Shown: positions 13,601 to 28,600 of the stretch, one piece after another
Layout of the letters: every line of letters begins with the position of its first letter
How positions within the stretch are numbered: position 1 is the stretch's first letter
Source: Antedon mediterranea
Lineage: Eukaryota > Animalia > Echinodermata
Direction: 5' to 3'
Length of the DNA stretch: 64,000 bases
Assembly: GCF_964355755.1 (NCBI RefSeq)
Contig: NC_092679.1
Span: 7,346,201-7,410,200, forward strand
The notes under the pieces: generated by a model
Told to the model about the DNA's origin: nothing
Database searches by the model: none
What the model saw: the letters and a program-made list of their open reading frames with translations, nothing else
Made by a program: the position numbers and the translations under genes

Positions 13601-16600
13601 CTCTTTTGACAGTTAAAATGAAATTGTGAACACTTTTTGACAGATTATTAATACTGTATGTTAGCATTCAACAATTCTGAATCCCCCTTTATTAAATTGG
13701 TACATATAATTACCAATATTGTCAACTATTCCCAAACAAAACACTCCAGTGTGGCTTAAAATATCTTTTTTTTATTTAAAAAAAAAGTTTTTAGAATTAA
13801 GTAAAAGGGTTTGGTTGTGACATTGAAGACTAAGCAAAAATTAATTAGTTTTAGGATCAAGTCATTAATTATATTTTTAATTTTTGGCCTTGATCAATTA
13901 AAGCTATGAAAATAATATTTCCTAAGTTCTCTTACTCAGGGTCAAAATGAAGGGGTGAAATAGGGGGTTAAGATTTGCAATTAAAGTGAAAGTAAACATT
14001 ACAATCTAATCTAAATGAAACATTTTATTAAGGAGCAGGCAAGAGAAGGGAAGGGGGAGTGGGTGAGCTATAATTAAATAGATGAAAGGTGGATGTAAAG
14101 GGTGAAAGAAGCAGTTTAATGTACAATGTACAATCAGCAGATTTCAACCACAAATTAATATCTTTTGAAAATTTGATGTTTGATGTAAATGTTTATCTGG
14201 TTTGTATTACAGTATCAAATCTAACAAGAAACAATGCATAATGAAATAAATTGTTATAGACTAGTGGATATTGAACCAATATTAGCTACGTATCACCATT
14301 AAGAACAGAATGATACTAGATAGTTTCTCATCACAGAGACCAATAAACACCAACTGATGGTACTTAAGTGAATTGGGACAAACAATAGGATAATGCAGCC
14401 AAACGCACAATGTAACAATTTATTAGTTTACTTTACATGACTGGGAAAGTGAGATGTTTAATTTTACTTTGACGTAAACATTTAACAACATTGGAATTTT
14501 GACCACCTGAAACATTATGTTGCAAATTATTTACTGTACATGATGAAAAGGTCTATAAACAATGCTTATCCTCCTACCACACACGGTTCTTACATAAGAC
14601 TTGAACTAGAAACTTGAAATGACATCACACCTACTGCACCAACTGACTGACCAATTAAAAACCCTAAAAAAACTTGTCACATATGGATAGAGGAAATTTG
14701 TGTCACCATTATGAACAAATAACATTTTAAAAGTTTAATCAAATTGTAGGAGTTCATGGAAAGGTGTGTTACCAATACGAATCAATAACTTAAAAAAAGT
14801 TTCAAAAAATAATCATAGGAGTTCAAATGAACTTTTGGACAAATAAAAGCCATTGACATCTGTCTCTGAAGAATGTTGCTATGGTAACCATAAGTCAAAG
14901 GAAATAGACTTTATCAGTTTGATAATCTTAAAAGGTCAAATAGTCATGGTGGATTTTAAAGGCAGGAAAGATATGATGATGGTGGCATAAATATACCTGC
15001 CACAGCCTCCTTAAAAAAGGTACAAATTTCAAACATGGTCTAAATCGAACAATCAAATACAAGATACATATGATTAGCTTCCAACTCGCGGATTTTAACA
15101 CATTTTGCTTGTTTTTTTACAGCAACTACAGCTAAAATTCTTTAAACAACTTCATTTATTACGATTGGTCGACTTTACAATGTTGAAGGTTTTAAGAGAT
15201 TTGAATTTCTCTATTACCTCTTTCATTATACACATTTCTCTTGACATTTATGGCAGAAAGTAGAAACAAAATAATTCTCCCTTATTAGAAAACAAGTATT
15301 TTACTAAAAAAACCGATTCACCTGAAGTTTAAGCTGTAACAATAAGTTAGACAAAACTTCCAAAATAGAGGGCAGCAAACATAATATGTTAAGTAAATTG
15401 TAAATGCATTTTGATTGGCCAAGTATTATTAATTGATATCCTTTTAAAAGGAAACTACTCATTAGCAACTAAGAGAGTATGACCATAAACTGATCTGTAC
15501 CTGCCAAAGCTTTTAACAATTACGAATACATAACAGGTTTAGATTTTGGCTTTAGTATAATGTTATCATTACATTAAAAGGGGTACAGGCATTGAAAGGG
15601 GTACATGCATTAAAAAGGGTACAGCCATTGAAAAGGGTTAACTGTAATTTGCCCTAAAACATGTTAACCTCTCTATTAAAAAACAAAAAAAACAAAAAAA
15701 AACTGTTGAAATGCAGCCTATAAATAAAATTTGAAATTAAAAAACACAATTTCAAAATTCTGTAAACAGGCCCCAGAACTATAATAATAATATTGTTATT
15801 ATAACAAGCAAGTGATATAAAAGAGTTATAAAAATGTATTATACATTAATTATAAAGCTTCTGTGCTTTGTTGATAAATAATGGGACTGATTAATTTGTA
15901 TTTGATTCAGAAAAAAAAGGTTTTGTAATGAATGCTTTATGAAATAATATTAAAAAGAACTCAAAGATTTGATTTTAGAGGTTCACTGCTGCTCTGTTTA
16001 TCTTACACAAGGACTCGTATATAATAATAATAATAATAAGTTGGCATGTAATAATCTCAGTGGCCAGATACAGTCTAGAGGTTTGGCGACTCTGGGATAA
16101 CCCTCTGAACTAGTTCTCAAAATCATCGACAACGAAACAACACAATACATACCGCTAACGTGGCAACTGGGTCGGTCTGATCAGCAAACGTATTTAGAAC
16201 TATTCCGTCAGATATCCGAGTTATCTTGATCAACCTAAGGGACGAAACGAGAGCATAATAATATTAAATTAGTTAACTTGAAATGCCAGAGCATTTAATA
16301 TATTTCAACAGCCAACAGGCTTGCATCCAATCACGTGAATTAGACACTTAGGATGTTAACATTGTAGTATAGTTATGGAAAGATAGGGTTCAATTGAATT
16401 AGTAATTACATGACCTCATGGGAGTCCAATCTGTACTCAATTTTTGTATTCACACATTTATACATTTGTATTTTCTAAGAATAGGTTTTATTTTATTTTT
16501 TGCACTCAAAATATTTGTAGTTTTTCTGCAGATTAATACTGTACTCCATTTTTAATTGTTGTGTATCAAAAGAAATTAGTTTTATAATAGAAGCTAAATG

Positions 16601-19600
16601 TTGAAGCTAGCCAATTTTATGTAATTTTATTTTCATTAAAATCATCAAAGTATTATTACATAGGGAAATGAGGATTAGGCCCTGACAGCAATGAGTAGCA
16701 CCATCAGAAAAAACAGTCCCTCAGTCTTGTTTGAGTATGTACAATACTATAAACAAACCTCTCTTTATGCAGATATTTTTAGAGTATTTTTACAAGAAAT
16801 GTACTAAAAGTAGATGGCCATTATGCAATTAAATAGTAACAATAGTAAGTAACAAGTAAACAGAAATAGTCACATTGTCCTGATAAGTTTTTCAGTTAAA
16901 TAAGTGGTATCGAAAATGAGGGCCACCATTCTCCATAAAATGTGAACTTGCTCATTAAATCAAAAGCCTAAAATGCTGTATACCTACAGAAGCTGTACAG
17001 TACTGGACTACCTACAAATGCTACAGTACTACCTACACAGAAGCTGTACAGTACTGGACTACCTACAAATGCTACAGTACTACCTACACAGAAGCTGTAC
17101 AGTACTAGACTACCTACAAAAGCTACAGTACTACCTACACAGAAGCTGTACAGTACTAGACTACCTACAAAAGCTACAGTACTACCTACACAGAAGCTGT
17201 ACAGTACTAGACTACCTACAAAAGGTACAGTACTACCTACACAGAAGCTGTACAGTACTAGACTACCTACAAAAGGTACAGTACTACCTACACAGAAGCT
17301 GTACAGTACTAGACTACCTACAAAAGCTACAGTACTACCTACACAGAAGCTGTACAGTACTAGACTACCTACAAAAGCTACAGTACTACCTACACAGAAG
17401 CTGTACAGTACTAGACTACCTACAAAAGCTACAGTACTACCTACACAGAAGCTGTACAGTACTAGACTACCTACAAAAGCTACAGTACTACCTACACAGA
17501 AGCTGTACAGTACTAGACTACCTACAAAAGCTACAGTACTACCTACACAGAAGCTGTACAGTACTAGACTACCTACAAAAGCTACAGTACTACCTACACA
17601 GAAGCTGTACAGTACTAGACTACCTACAAAAGCTACAGTACTACCTACACAGAAGCTGTACAGTACTAGACTACCTACAAAAGCTACAGTACTACCTACA
17701 CAGAAGCTGTACAGTACTAGACTACCTACAAAAGCTACAGTACTACCTACACAGAAGCTACAGTACTAGACTACCTACAAAAGCTACAGTACTACCTACA
17801 CAGAAGCTACAGTACTAGACTACCTACAAAAGCTACAGTACTACCTACACAGAAGCTACAGTACTAGTACTACTAGACTACCTACAAAAGCTACAGTCTA
17901 CCTACACAGAAGCTGTACAGTACTAGACTACCTACAAAAGCTACAGTACTACCTACACAGAAGCTGTACAGTACTAGACTACCTACAAAAGCTACAGTAC
18001 TACCTACACAGAAGCTGTACAGTACTAGAATACCTACAAAAGCTACAGTACTACCTACACAGAAGCTGTACAGTACTAGAATACCTACAAAAGCTACAGT
18101 ACTACCTACACAGAAGCTGTACAGTACTAGACTACCTACAAAAGGTACAGTACTACCTACACAGAAGCTGTACAGTACTAGACTACCTACAAAAGCTACA
18201 GTACTACCTACACAGAAGCTGTACAGTACTGGACTACCTACAAATGCTACAGTACTACCTACACAGAAGCTGTACAGTACTAGACTACCTACAAAAGGTA
18301 CAGTACTACCTACACAGAAGCTGTACAGTACTAGACTACCTACAAAAGCTACAGTACTACCTACACAGAAGCTGTACAGTACTAGACTACCTACAAAAGG
18401 TACAGTACTACCTACACAGAAGCTGTACAGTACTAGACTACCTACAAAAGCTACAGTACTACCTACACAGAAGCTGTACAGTACTAGACTACCTACAAAA
18501 GCTACAGTACTACCTACACAGAAGCTACAGTACTAGACTACCTACAAAAGCTACAGTACTACCTACACAGAAGCTGTACAGTACTAGACTACCTACAAAA
18601 GCTACAGTACTACCTACACAGAAGCTGTACAGTACTAGACTACCTACAAAAGCTACAGTACTACCTACACAGAAGCTACAGTACACGTAAAGATACAAAG
18701 CAACTTTCACATATATATGTAACTGTTCTTGGCAAGTTAAGTAAATTTTAATCAAATACAAACACTTTTTTATGTGGTTTAGGAAGCAAATATGAGGCGA
18801 TTATGAAAGAAAATTCTTTGTTTTTAAATTAAAAGGCTAAGAAATTTGAATCCAGGGGCTTGCTGAAATTGACAAACATACCTTTCTGTTTTGTATAAAC
18901 CTATTAGCGTACACGAGCTAAGAGAGTTGATATTAAAGAGAAATTTTGAGATAAGTTTAATCGGTGGGAGGCAATTAGGAAAAGCAAATTTCTTTTGTAG
19001 TTTAAATCAAGGTGTTTTCAAGATTGACCCAAGGTGAGTTTACAAAATGCAATGGTTTTTTTTTAAACTGACAAACTTTCGCTATGTGCTATTTTTGAGG
19101 TCACACAAATTATACAGAACCGCCTTTGTTTAATTACATGGATTAGTTTGATCTTATTGACGTAATAAGCGGTTTTAATATTTCAGGTTTGTTCTACATT
19201 GGGGCATACTGTATGCCAATAATATAATCAGCAAAGCTAATCTACACTAGCAGTCTGCATTTTATTTTTATACGGTTTAATCTTATACCCATTTCACACA
19301 GATCACAACATAACAAGTTGTAACACATAATACCAAGTTATTTCTATGTTCATTCTCAAACAAAGTTGATGTAATTTTATATTATTAGATTTAATAAATC
19401 TTTAAATGAATGAATTAACTTATAAATTATACTACACCAATCAACATAGGACATTTTTGTTTCAATTTGTTTTGATTTTTGTATTTATTTTCCATATTAC
19501 TATTTAGATTTTTAATCAAATCAAATCTTTTTTTTCTCTTTCTCACAGATTTCCTCATCTTTATCGTTTCATATTAATTAATTAAATTTCAGTATATCAC

Positions 19601-22600
19601 TGGGCGGTTTAGAATATTAATGTTCTTTGCCTACTGTGTTTACATATATATATATGAGCTCTGCTAACTTTTCTGGCTGTTTACTTTATCGTTTTGATTT
19701 AGCTTTTCGCTTTTTTTTTTGTATCTCCATTGAGATCCAGCCACTGATACCCACAGCATTGTCATTTTTTTCAGTAATTTGCCTTTGGATTTATATAAAT
19801 ATATACATGTACATGGAAACATTTTCCTCGGCAAATATAAAAATTCATATTAAAAACATAAATTAGATAAAATTACAATTTACAAAAAATATAAACATCT
19901 CAAACAACCAACCGTTCTGTCTTACTTGTTTAGAACATTTTTACTTAATTACACCAGTGTAGAAGTTAAAGGTAAGAAGGCAAATGTATTCAGGTTGTTG
20001 CACTTTTAACAAAAATATTCTAATTTCATTATAGACCACAATTAACTGGCAAATTACACAGGAAAAGTCTTAACGGACATTTTGCAGATTACTCTTTCAT
20101 TCAGGTACTATCAAAGATGGGAATTCCCAAACATCGCCTATGTCAAGGCCGTTTTAATAAACGCTGTTTACCTGTTTTTACAAAGAGCCTACTTTTACCC
20201 AAAAAAGGCTATTAGTCTGTTGATGGGGAACATTCGATTTGCAATGACCTGCCCCCTAGGAAGTAGGTATGTGCACATTCATTTGACAGACTCCCTTTTT
20301 TCTCTGGGTCCTAGCCAGCACAGCACCCCCTAAATGTAGTTGCACTTCATTTTAAAATTGTCGGTCCTTTGCCGTTATATTTTAGAATCCGTTACCGACA
20401 ATGGCCAATGATGCGTACGCCCTAGGAATTGAAAGGTCTTCTTCTATTTCAAAGAAGGTCAAATTTTACTACTGATCGATTTCTAGAAAGAATGTTTTTA
20501 TCAATATTTTACAGTACATGTAAATGAAAGCACTGATTATGCACATATATTCTAAAGCTTGGTTCCCACTACGACACAACACAAGTGCAAAAAGTGATTA
20601 CTTGACCAATCACAAGCAACAGTTTGGACGATCCATCGATTGGTCAACTCACTTACGTTATGCTTACATCGTTGCATTGCATCCTAATGGGAACCATGTT
20701 TAAAATCCTACCTGTGGTGAGAAAATTAAGAACAGAGATAAGCATGTAATGTACATTGAAGATTTGTCGCATTTGTGCATCATCCAAGATTTCTCAATGG
20801 CCACAGATGGGCTAAACAGGCCAGTTTTGCAGGATTGTGGTATAACACAGCCTATAGAGGATGCTTATTGCTTTTGTGCCAACCTTCACTAATTATATAA
20901 AACTATGGTCTATGCATTTAAGTTTGACTTAAGTCATTAATTGATAGCTTCCTGAACTGATAGTTAATTTATGGTATTGGGTATGTTATTGGTTTCCTTT
21001 GGCTAAATTAAATTTCGAGTTTAGATTAATTGATTAGTTCTTACTGCCAAATTCTATTCAACTGCCATCAGTTGAACCCTAGCCAATCTACTTTCTTTAT
21101 ATGGCAGGTAGCATGACACTTATATAAAAAAAAAAATAAAAAGCTGAAAGGTCAATCTTTATTGATCAGTTTGAGGAGACTTATTTATGTTTTTGTAAGC
21201 CTACAGTACGTACAAAAAAACTTTTTTTCAAAAATTAAGAATATTCAACACCTGATCATATAAAAAAATGTTTTGAATATTAAACATATATGTATACATT
21301 TTGAATAAAATTGTCTTAATACATGAAGAAAAAGTGAACTTTGTGTAAAACGTTTCGTGTTTTGTCAAACACACACTCTCAAGGTAATGTCAGCGATGTA
21401 ATAAGAAAATTTCATTCAATATATATATACCAAAACAGACGAAGCAAGATAATATAAAAATATGACAATCTCTGCTGGGGAATTAAGGTGGGTAGGGAAA
21501 AGTGAAAGTCTCATGCTGACTATTACCCTGCATATACTAAATGAAAGATGGAAAATATATTTCTAAATGAAGTTGTCAGGCTTTTGGAGTAGTCTTGATG
21601 AGAAAAATTTAGAATAAAGTAATAAAGTTCATATTAAGCTCAGAAACAGCCCGGAGGCTGGATAAACTATAACAAATGTGGCTGGTGTTAAAGAATAGAC
21701 ATCAACACACTGTATGTGAACGCACGTCATCACCAGATTAGATAAACTGTGCACACATTAAAAAAAAACAAATTCAACTGTAGGTTTACAGTTAGTACAT
21801 TCAAATTCCTATTTTTAAATTGAGTTAATTGACCATTTCTAAAAGGCAAATCAACTCATTTCCAGCGATAAATCACCTTCAGTTGAACCCATCTCTTAAT
21901 CAATCCTACAACCATATCTACTCTCTAAAGCTATGAAGGCCCTACTAATGCTTACTCTGAAATAAGACCTTTTCCACAAAAAAAATGTTGGACTAGCCCC
22001 AAGAGTAAGCATGTACTATACGTTGTGGCTGGAGAAAGCTTGTAGTTGCCTGCTCCGCAGCCGACTGATGATGATGATGATGATATTGTATAATTTTCTG
22101 ATTAAAATACCACTTAGAAATTGGTAAGCATGTACTATACTGTATACTTTTCTGAATAAATTCCACTTGGAAATTGGAATTAGAGAATCACCAAGCTTGG
22201 ATATAAAAAAGATTTATATCTTACTTCAAATGAACCGAGGTAAACTTTTCTTGCAACACTATATCAATCTTTTTTGTATTTAATAGTCGGAGTTGATTTA
22301 CTACTAAGTCCACATTATGGAACTTTTAATTTAATGTTATAAACATATTGATATTGTTCTGGTTTTCTCATCATGTTTTATTTATCACTTTTTACTTCAT
22401 AATATTGTAATAGTTTTTTAAGACCTTTACATTTAAGTAAGATGAGATGAATATAAACTATAATCTTCATTTCCAAGATTGTGAACTTAAGTAACAAATG
22501 GGTGAATAAAAGACCTGTTGAAAAACACACAAGAATTGGGTTGCGGCAAATTGCTAATACATATGTTGACAGTGAGAGCAATTTCAATAGAGGGCTCACA

Positions 22601-25600
22601 TCATAAGAAGAATGAATTATTTCTTTGAAACAGATGGCTGACAGGTGAACCTTTGGACAAGAACAGACTAACCATCATGGAATGGTACATAGTTGAAATG
22701 GAGTAGAACACAAGACAGAGACACAATTTGTTGCAGCTAACAATTGCTCAGCGATAACCGGTTAAATGGCGTTCTAACACCGAATTGAATGGGTGTTTTT
22801 AACCGGTTATTTTGCACTGCTTTTTAACCGGTTACTACAAATTTGTCCTGTTTCTGCTCCCAAGAAAATGTATTCACACCAATTTTAATCGGTTATTTTT
22901 ATGCAGCAGAAACAGGCCGAATGAAAGCTTGCATTGTATTCTGAGAAGAATATTGAAAGAAGAACTGAGAACATCTTGATGTTAACAGTCTATATCAACC
23001 ATCTTTTGGTTAAAGAATGTTATATATTATTTATTTTATCCTCGTTTACTATGCAGAACCTTATTTTAAGCCACATGGACTACTCCAAGGATCCCTGTGC
23101 TGCCACCAGTAAGCAGCGCTTTGTAACAGAGTAACCCTTTCTATCAATAGATGCACTGGGTTCTTTAAAGCTCAGGTACAGGCATGAATTTTAAATATAA
23201 TATCTGGTTAATTGTACATAAATTAAATATTTGAAACAGTTAAATCAAGACGAAAAAATATGAATTTCTTTTAATATGGTCAAATACAAAATTTGGCAAA
23301 ATTCTGCCATAAAAACCAGGAAGACTTTTTTCAGTAGTTAGGTAGTTTAACCTAATGTAATAACATGTCTGGTGACTCTCTAGAAGGTGAAAAAAGATGG
23401 TGGATACACGGTGGATAATTTTTTCTATAGCATGAAAATAAAAATCTGAAGTTGAATAAAAATACCAGAAATGTAAAATTCAAGTTATATTACCTATATT
23501 TAGTCATCTGATAACATTTGAACTATCCCCCTACTGATAAGAAAGTGCTTATTTTCAACAAGCTCGTGTAACACAAATAAAATCCCCAAAAATATGAAAC
23601 ATAGGGGAAACTATAGATCGATAATTATTAGCATCTATGATCAATAGAAATTTTTTGCCCGCACCTGGCCTTTAAATTTCCCACAGGCCAGATGTGTGGT
23701 GTTTGGTTTAATTATCCCCTTCCAAATGACAATATTCAAATAAAATGCAAATACAATGGTGCAAAATTCATAATTTTCAGATAAAAGAGGAAAAAAAAAC
23801 GTTATTCTTTTGCCGTTTCCTGAGGTTACAGATAATTCTGATCTTTGGCAATGAATAAACATAGTAGTCTTTGTATTTATAAATGTTCTATTTAGTAGAA
23901 CAGTTTACAGCTAAATTCATAAAACATGGCATTCCAATATTTTCCTTTGAGTATTTATCTTAATGTAAGCCGACAGTTTTATGAGCTAAGACAATAACAT
24001 TGATTTGGCAATTTCTTTCTACTTTCCTAATGCATTACACCTTCTATGCTGTTTACATTTTATGACTTAAAGGGGAATGGCTAACAAGAATCTTGCTACA
24101 TGCACAAGGAAACTTATTTTTCATTTTAGGATATTTGAGTTTTTAGAAGTCTTCTTGAATTCTTTTGCTAGATGTTCCGACTCTTGTGGGTCGTTTATTA
24201 GCTTTTGTTCTAAATATATTACATATTATATTTGCATATAAATCTGAAAGATTATCATTTGTGGAAAGAGGCATATCATTTACACATAATTAGGTCGCTT
24301 TCCCCACCTTTATTCTTTCTTTCCCGGTCCCCCCTCATCCTATTATAGTAGTACTAAGACGCTAAAATAACTGGGAAACAGGGATACATGACATGACAAA
24401 TCATACGATATATGGAACATTGGGAATTTTTAAAAGTAATATTTAAGAGGATTACTTTAACTTAACTACCGTTGATATATGACCAGTTGTAAATATCTTG
24501 AACATCTTAAAAGAGATCATTGTGTGTATAATTCAGGCAATTAATATTAAATTTCACAGTTCAATTGCAATAAAGGAAGACGTACTGTTTTTGATTTATG
24601 ATACAACTGAAAAAAGTTTTGATACAATCATAGAATAATTTAGCATTTCTCCATCAACGCCTTTACAGCAGCACTGTCTGGGTCAAAAGGTCATAAGTAT
24701 TATGATATTTTGAGATCAAGTTATCTGTATTGAATTATTAATACTCCTACATTTTTTTCAGAAATAAATTGTAAACTATTGCAAAAAAAACCAAAATATT
24801 GTTTACACAGTGGCACAGTAGCTTGGGTTTCCTTGAAATCCAAAAAGGGTGGGTTCAATGATGGCTTTGTACCAGGAATGTGTAGTGTTGCCAAGGCAAG
24901 ACTGAGATGTATAATCTCACGCCCGTATTCTTAAACCGGACTTTAGTCGTAGTTCAAAGTTCGACTTGAAAAAGTCGTAGTTCGAGCTATTACTTCAAAT
25001 TCGATTAAAAAACGAAGTATTCGAAGTTTGCAGTTCGACTTAATGAAGTCGAGCTTTTAGTCGAGTTGCACACGTCTGGGTAACAAAGGCTAAACATTGG
25101 CCAATGACAAGAGAGTATTTGAGGAGTAGACGAAATTTTGCGCATTGATATCACTTTTCATTTTCTTACAAAACTTTTTACGCATCAGGACTATTATTAC
25201 AACAAGATCAGTATTAATTTAACAGTGAAGTAGTTTTGATTAACAACAAAAAAAATCTTCAAAATATATTTAGGAACCATGGTGGTACAGTAACTTTCAT
25301 ATTTTCTAGGCCTCCAACAAAGTATGATTGCGACGAACCACGCACTTCCTAGCGTGACAAGAAAACGCTAGGCCCCCTAAACATTCCATCGCGTGGTGAA
25401 TTGCCGCATCTCCCATTGTCGCTATGGTGTGACGTAGTTCAAGTCGGACTTGCGCGAAGAAAATAATGTAGTTTGTATACGGTTGTAAATAAAGATGATT
25501 TTCATTATTATAACTTATGCCAATGTATATTTAATTAAGCTAATATAAATATAGATATTTCATTCTTCAATATCTGGCCAATATAACAACTCAATGACTG

Positions 25601-28600
25601 TTACGTTTTTTATAAACATCGTTTAAAAACCATTTAGTCGACCATTTAGCCTGCCCCCTCCAGGACTAAAAAAATCGATCAAAATCCGTCTCGATTTAGT
25701 TGAGGTTGGCCTGATTTAGTAGGTGATTTAGTTGAAGTTCGGTTTATGAATTAAAATGACGTCATTTTTTTAGTTTTAGCTCGAACTACCACTAAAGTCC
25801 GGTTTAAGAATACGGGCGTACGTGTTGCCAAGGCAAGACTGAGATGTATAATCTCACTCAAAAACATGTTTACAGATTTTTGATGGATCAATTTGCCACT
25901 GAACTTGAGCAATCATAAAGACACCAAGATCTGTTTTTACCGGCCAGCATATAGAATAAATTGATGGGTTTCCAACTTGCTCAAATTAATGTTTCCTTTC
26001 GAGTACATTACGGAGAAGACACTCTGGCTCCAGACGTACCACTTATTGGTAAAAACACTCATGTATACTGACTTCAACAAGAAAACTAAGTTTAATCTTA
26101 TAAAGTTAAGTTTAAGTGTATGAAACATTCCCATGATAAATTATGATTAAAAAGTACATTGCAGGTAAAAGTGTCAATTTTAATTGTAAAACATCAAATT
26201 ATTTTATTTTCTTTCACTGAAACATACAAAATGGAGCACATTGGTGAGACAAAATCTGTCAAGAACCACTATTGCCAAAGGGCGTGTATATCAAAAGATA
26301 AAAAAATATGTTGGATTAATTTCATTAATATATTTTAGGCCTACTTTTTTTCAGAGTATCTAATATGAAAATGTGATTTCAAGTAAAAAATATATTTTAC
26401 ATTTTAGTTTATATAAAATTATTTGCATCATTATGGTTTCAAGATAAGAGTAAAAGATGGATGGTCCTTTAAAAAAGTTCATTTTTTTAAAATATCAGAC
26501 TAAATTTCAGAATTGTTAATTTTTAGGATATTCCCAACTATTAGTTTATCAAAGAATTGAAAAATATTTTCTATTCAGGTAATTACTGCATTAAACTATG
26601 ATTTTACTGCAGTAACATGACCTAGTTAAATACTTACCCATCTGTTGAACCAGAGATGACATTTTCACCATCAATAGCAAGACATGTGACTGATTTAGCA
26701 TGAGTCGTCAACGTTCGTAAAAACTTAAAATCTTCCAAACACCAAAGTCTAATTGTTGAGTCGTATGACCCAGTTACCCTTTAACAAATTAGAACAAAAA
26801 TTGGTTAAAGCGGGTTTCACTAATGCAAATTGTTTTCTTTCACACAAGACAGGTGAAATTGGCATTTACATAGATTGTAAGTACAAGTAGGCTTATTGTA
26901 GGTAGTACTAAACTACATAAGGTAGGCGGCACTCTTTTCGTTACCAACTTTCAAAATGTTGGTGATTTTAAGAAATAAATCAATCGGGAAAATAATATGA
27001 TTCAATTTATTTTGATCAATCAGGCCCAGCAAGTATTAGATATTAATAATATTTCTTTAAATAACATTTTACTCATTTTAAAAGACAGTACAGTACTAAT
27101 TGAAGCGAATGACCGAGAAAATCCTGGATTGGAAGGAGCTACTGGAAAAACCAACATAAATTAGTACAAAAACATGTGTCACGAAAAACTATATCACACA
27201 TTCTCAAGTTTTGGCAACCACATTAAGTATGACATCTGCGTAAATAGCGGTAAGTTCTTTGGATTTATACGTCAAAATGCAACAGATGTAAAACTCACAA
27301 AAACTCTGTATGAAGGAATACATTGTATAAATACTATTAACCATTTGTTAGTAATCATTTATATTAGGCTTTTACAGGGGTTAATAGTCTCTTTGGGAGG
27401 GGTGAAGAAAGATAAATTTTGGTACTTTTCACCCATATAATACTCCCCAAAGGAGGGCAAGTGATTGAATGGTTTCTGCACTTTTTTACCTACTTCACAA
27501 CTCTCTAAGGAGAGATGTTTAAATAAAGTTAAGCTAATCATTTTATAAACATGAACATAACTCATAGCTATCAACAAAATGTTATTTACAAGAATAAAAT
27601 CATATTAAGAAACATTTTTTTATTCAGCAATAAAATATTACTATTATTTCATAAAGACATACACACTAAGCTCTTGTATTAATCAGTCGGTGGCCATTTT
27701 TGTTTTTTTTCATCACACACGGAGGCTTTGTAAGGAAACCGGAATGGTACTTACTTACCCCAGACTATTAATTAACTTGTAATATCAGTACATTTTTTCA
27801 AATCAAACCTTCAACAAAATTTATAAAGCTAGAGGAACTTGAACAAACTTGAGTTCAATGTAACCTAATTTACTAATTTAGAAGAAATTAAGTTCAATGT
27901 GAACTAAATTACTAATTTAGAAGAAATTAAGTTCAATGTGAACCAAGATACTAAACGAAGAACTTCATTCAATATGACGCAAGACTACTAATTGGGAAAA
28001 ATAATCATATATGTCAATCATTTGCTACCTCCGTGATAACCACACTCAACTTTAGTAAATATTGGATCATAAATGTCCAATAAAATAGAAAACACTTTGA
28101 TATGGCATTCCTGTTTAAAGTGCATTCACAATGATTTACTAATTTTAAGTGGTTCCGGAAAGATAAATAAAACTGAGTACTGTACAGTGATTTGAACTTA
28201 AGTAACCTACATTAATATAAGATATAAATTATATTTACTATTTGTATTACCCAACAACACTCCAAAAATGGGGTATGTTTAAAAAAAAAGTTTTTTAACT
28301 TTAGTTTAAATATTTGTAAACATCATATACATTTTGTAGAGATGTAAATATGCATTAAAATAAGTAAACTTGAATTAAACGTTATAAAAAAAAATTTTAA
28401 TTGAAAGTTACCAATTTATTAATGCTATTAAAATTGGATTTGGAAAACTGGACTGTCCATTACCAAACGATTTAAGTATGTACTTCTTTGTTGATGTAAG
28501 ACTCACCAGTTCTATTGGATCATTAGGAAATTATTTTAGTTACTCGAGCGAGTGAGTGGCCTAGTGGTGGTTAAGACAACTGTGGAACCGTAATTGCGTA

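Noticed and set aside
16973-18761. 281-aa, 148-aa and 78-aa repetitive ORFs
   Set aside because: Translations of the 51-bp satellite; no splice context or domain. The array has no unique spacers, so it is not CRISPR.
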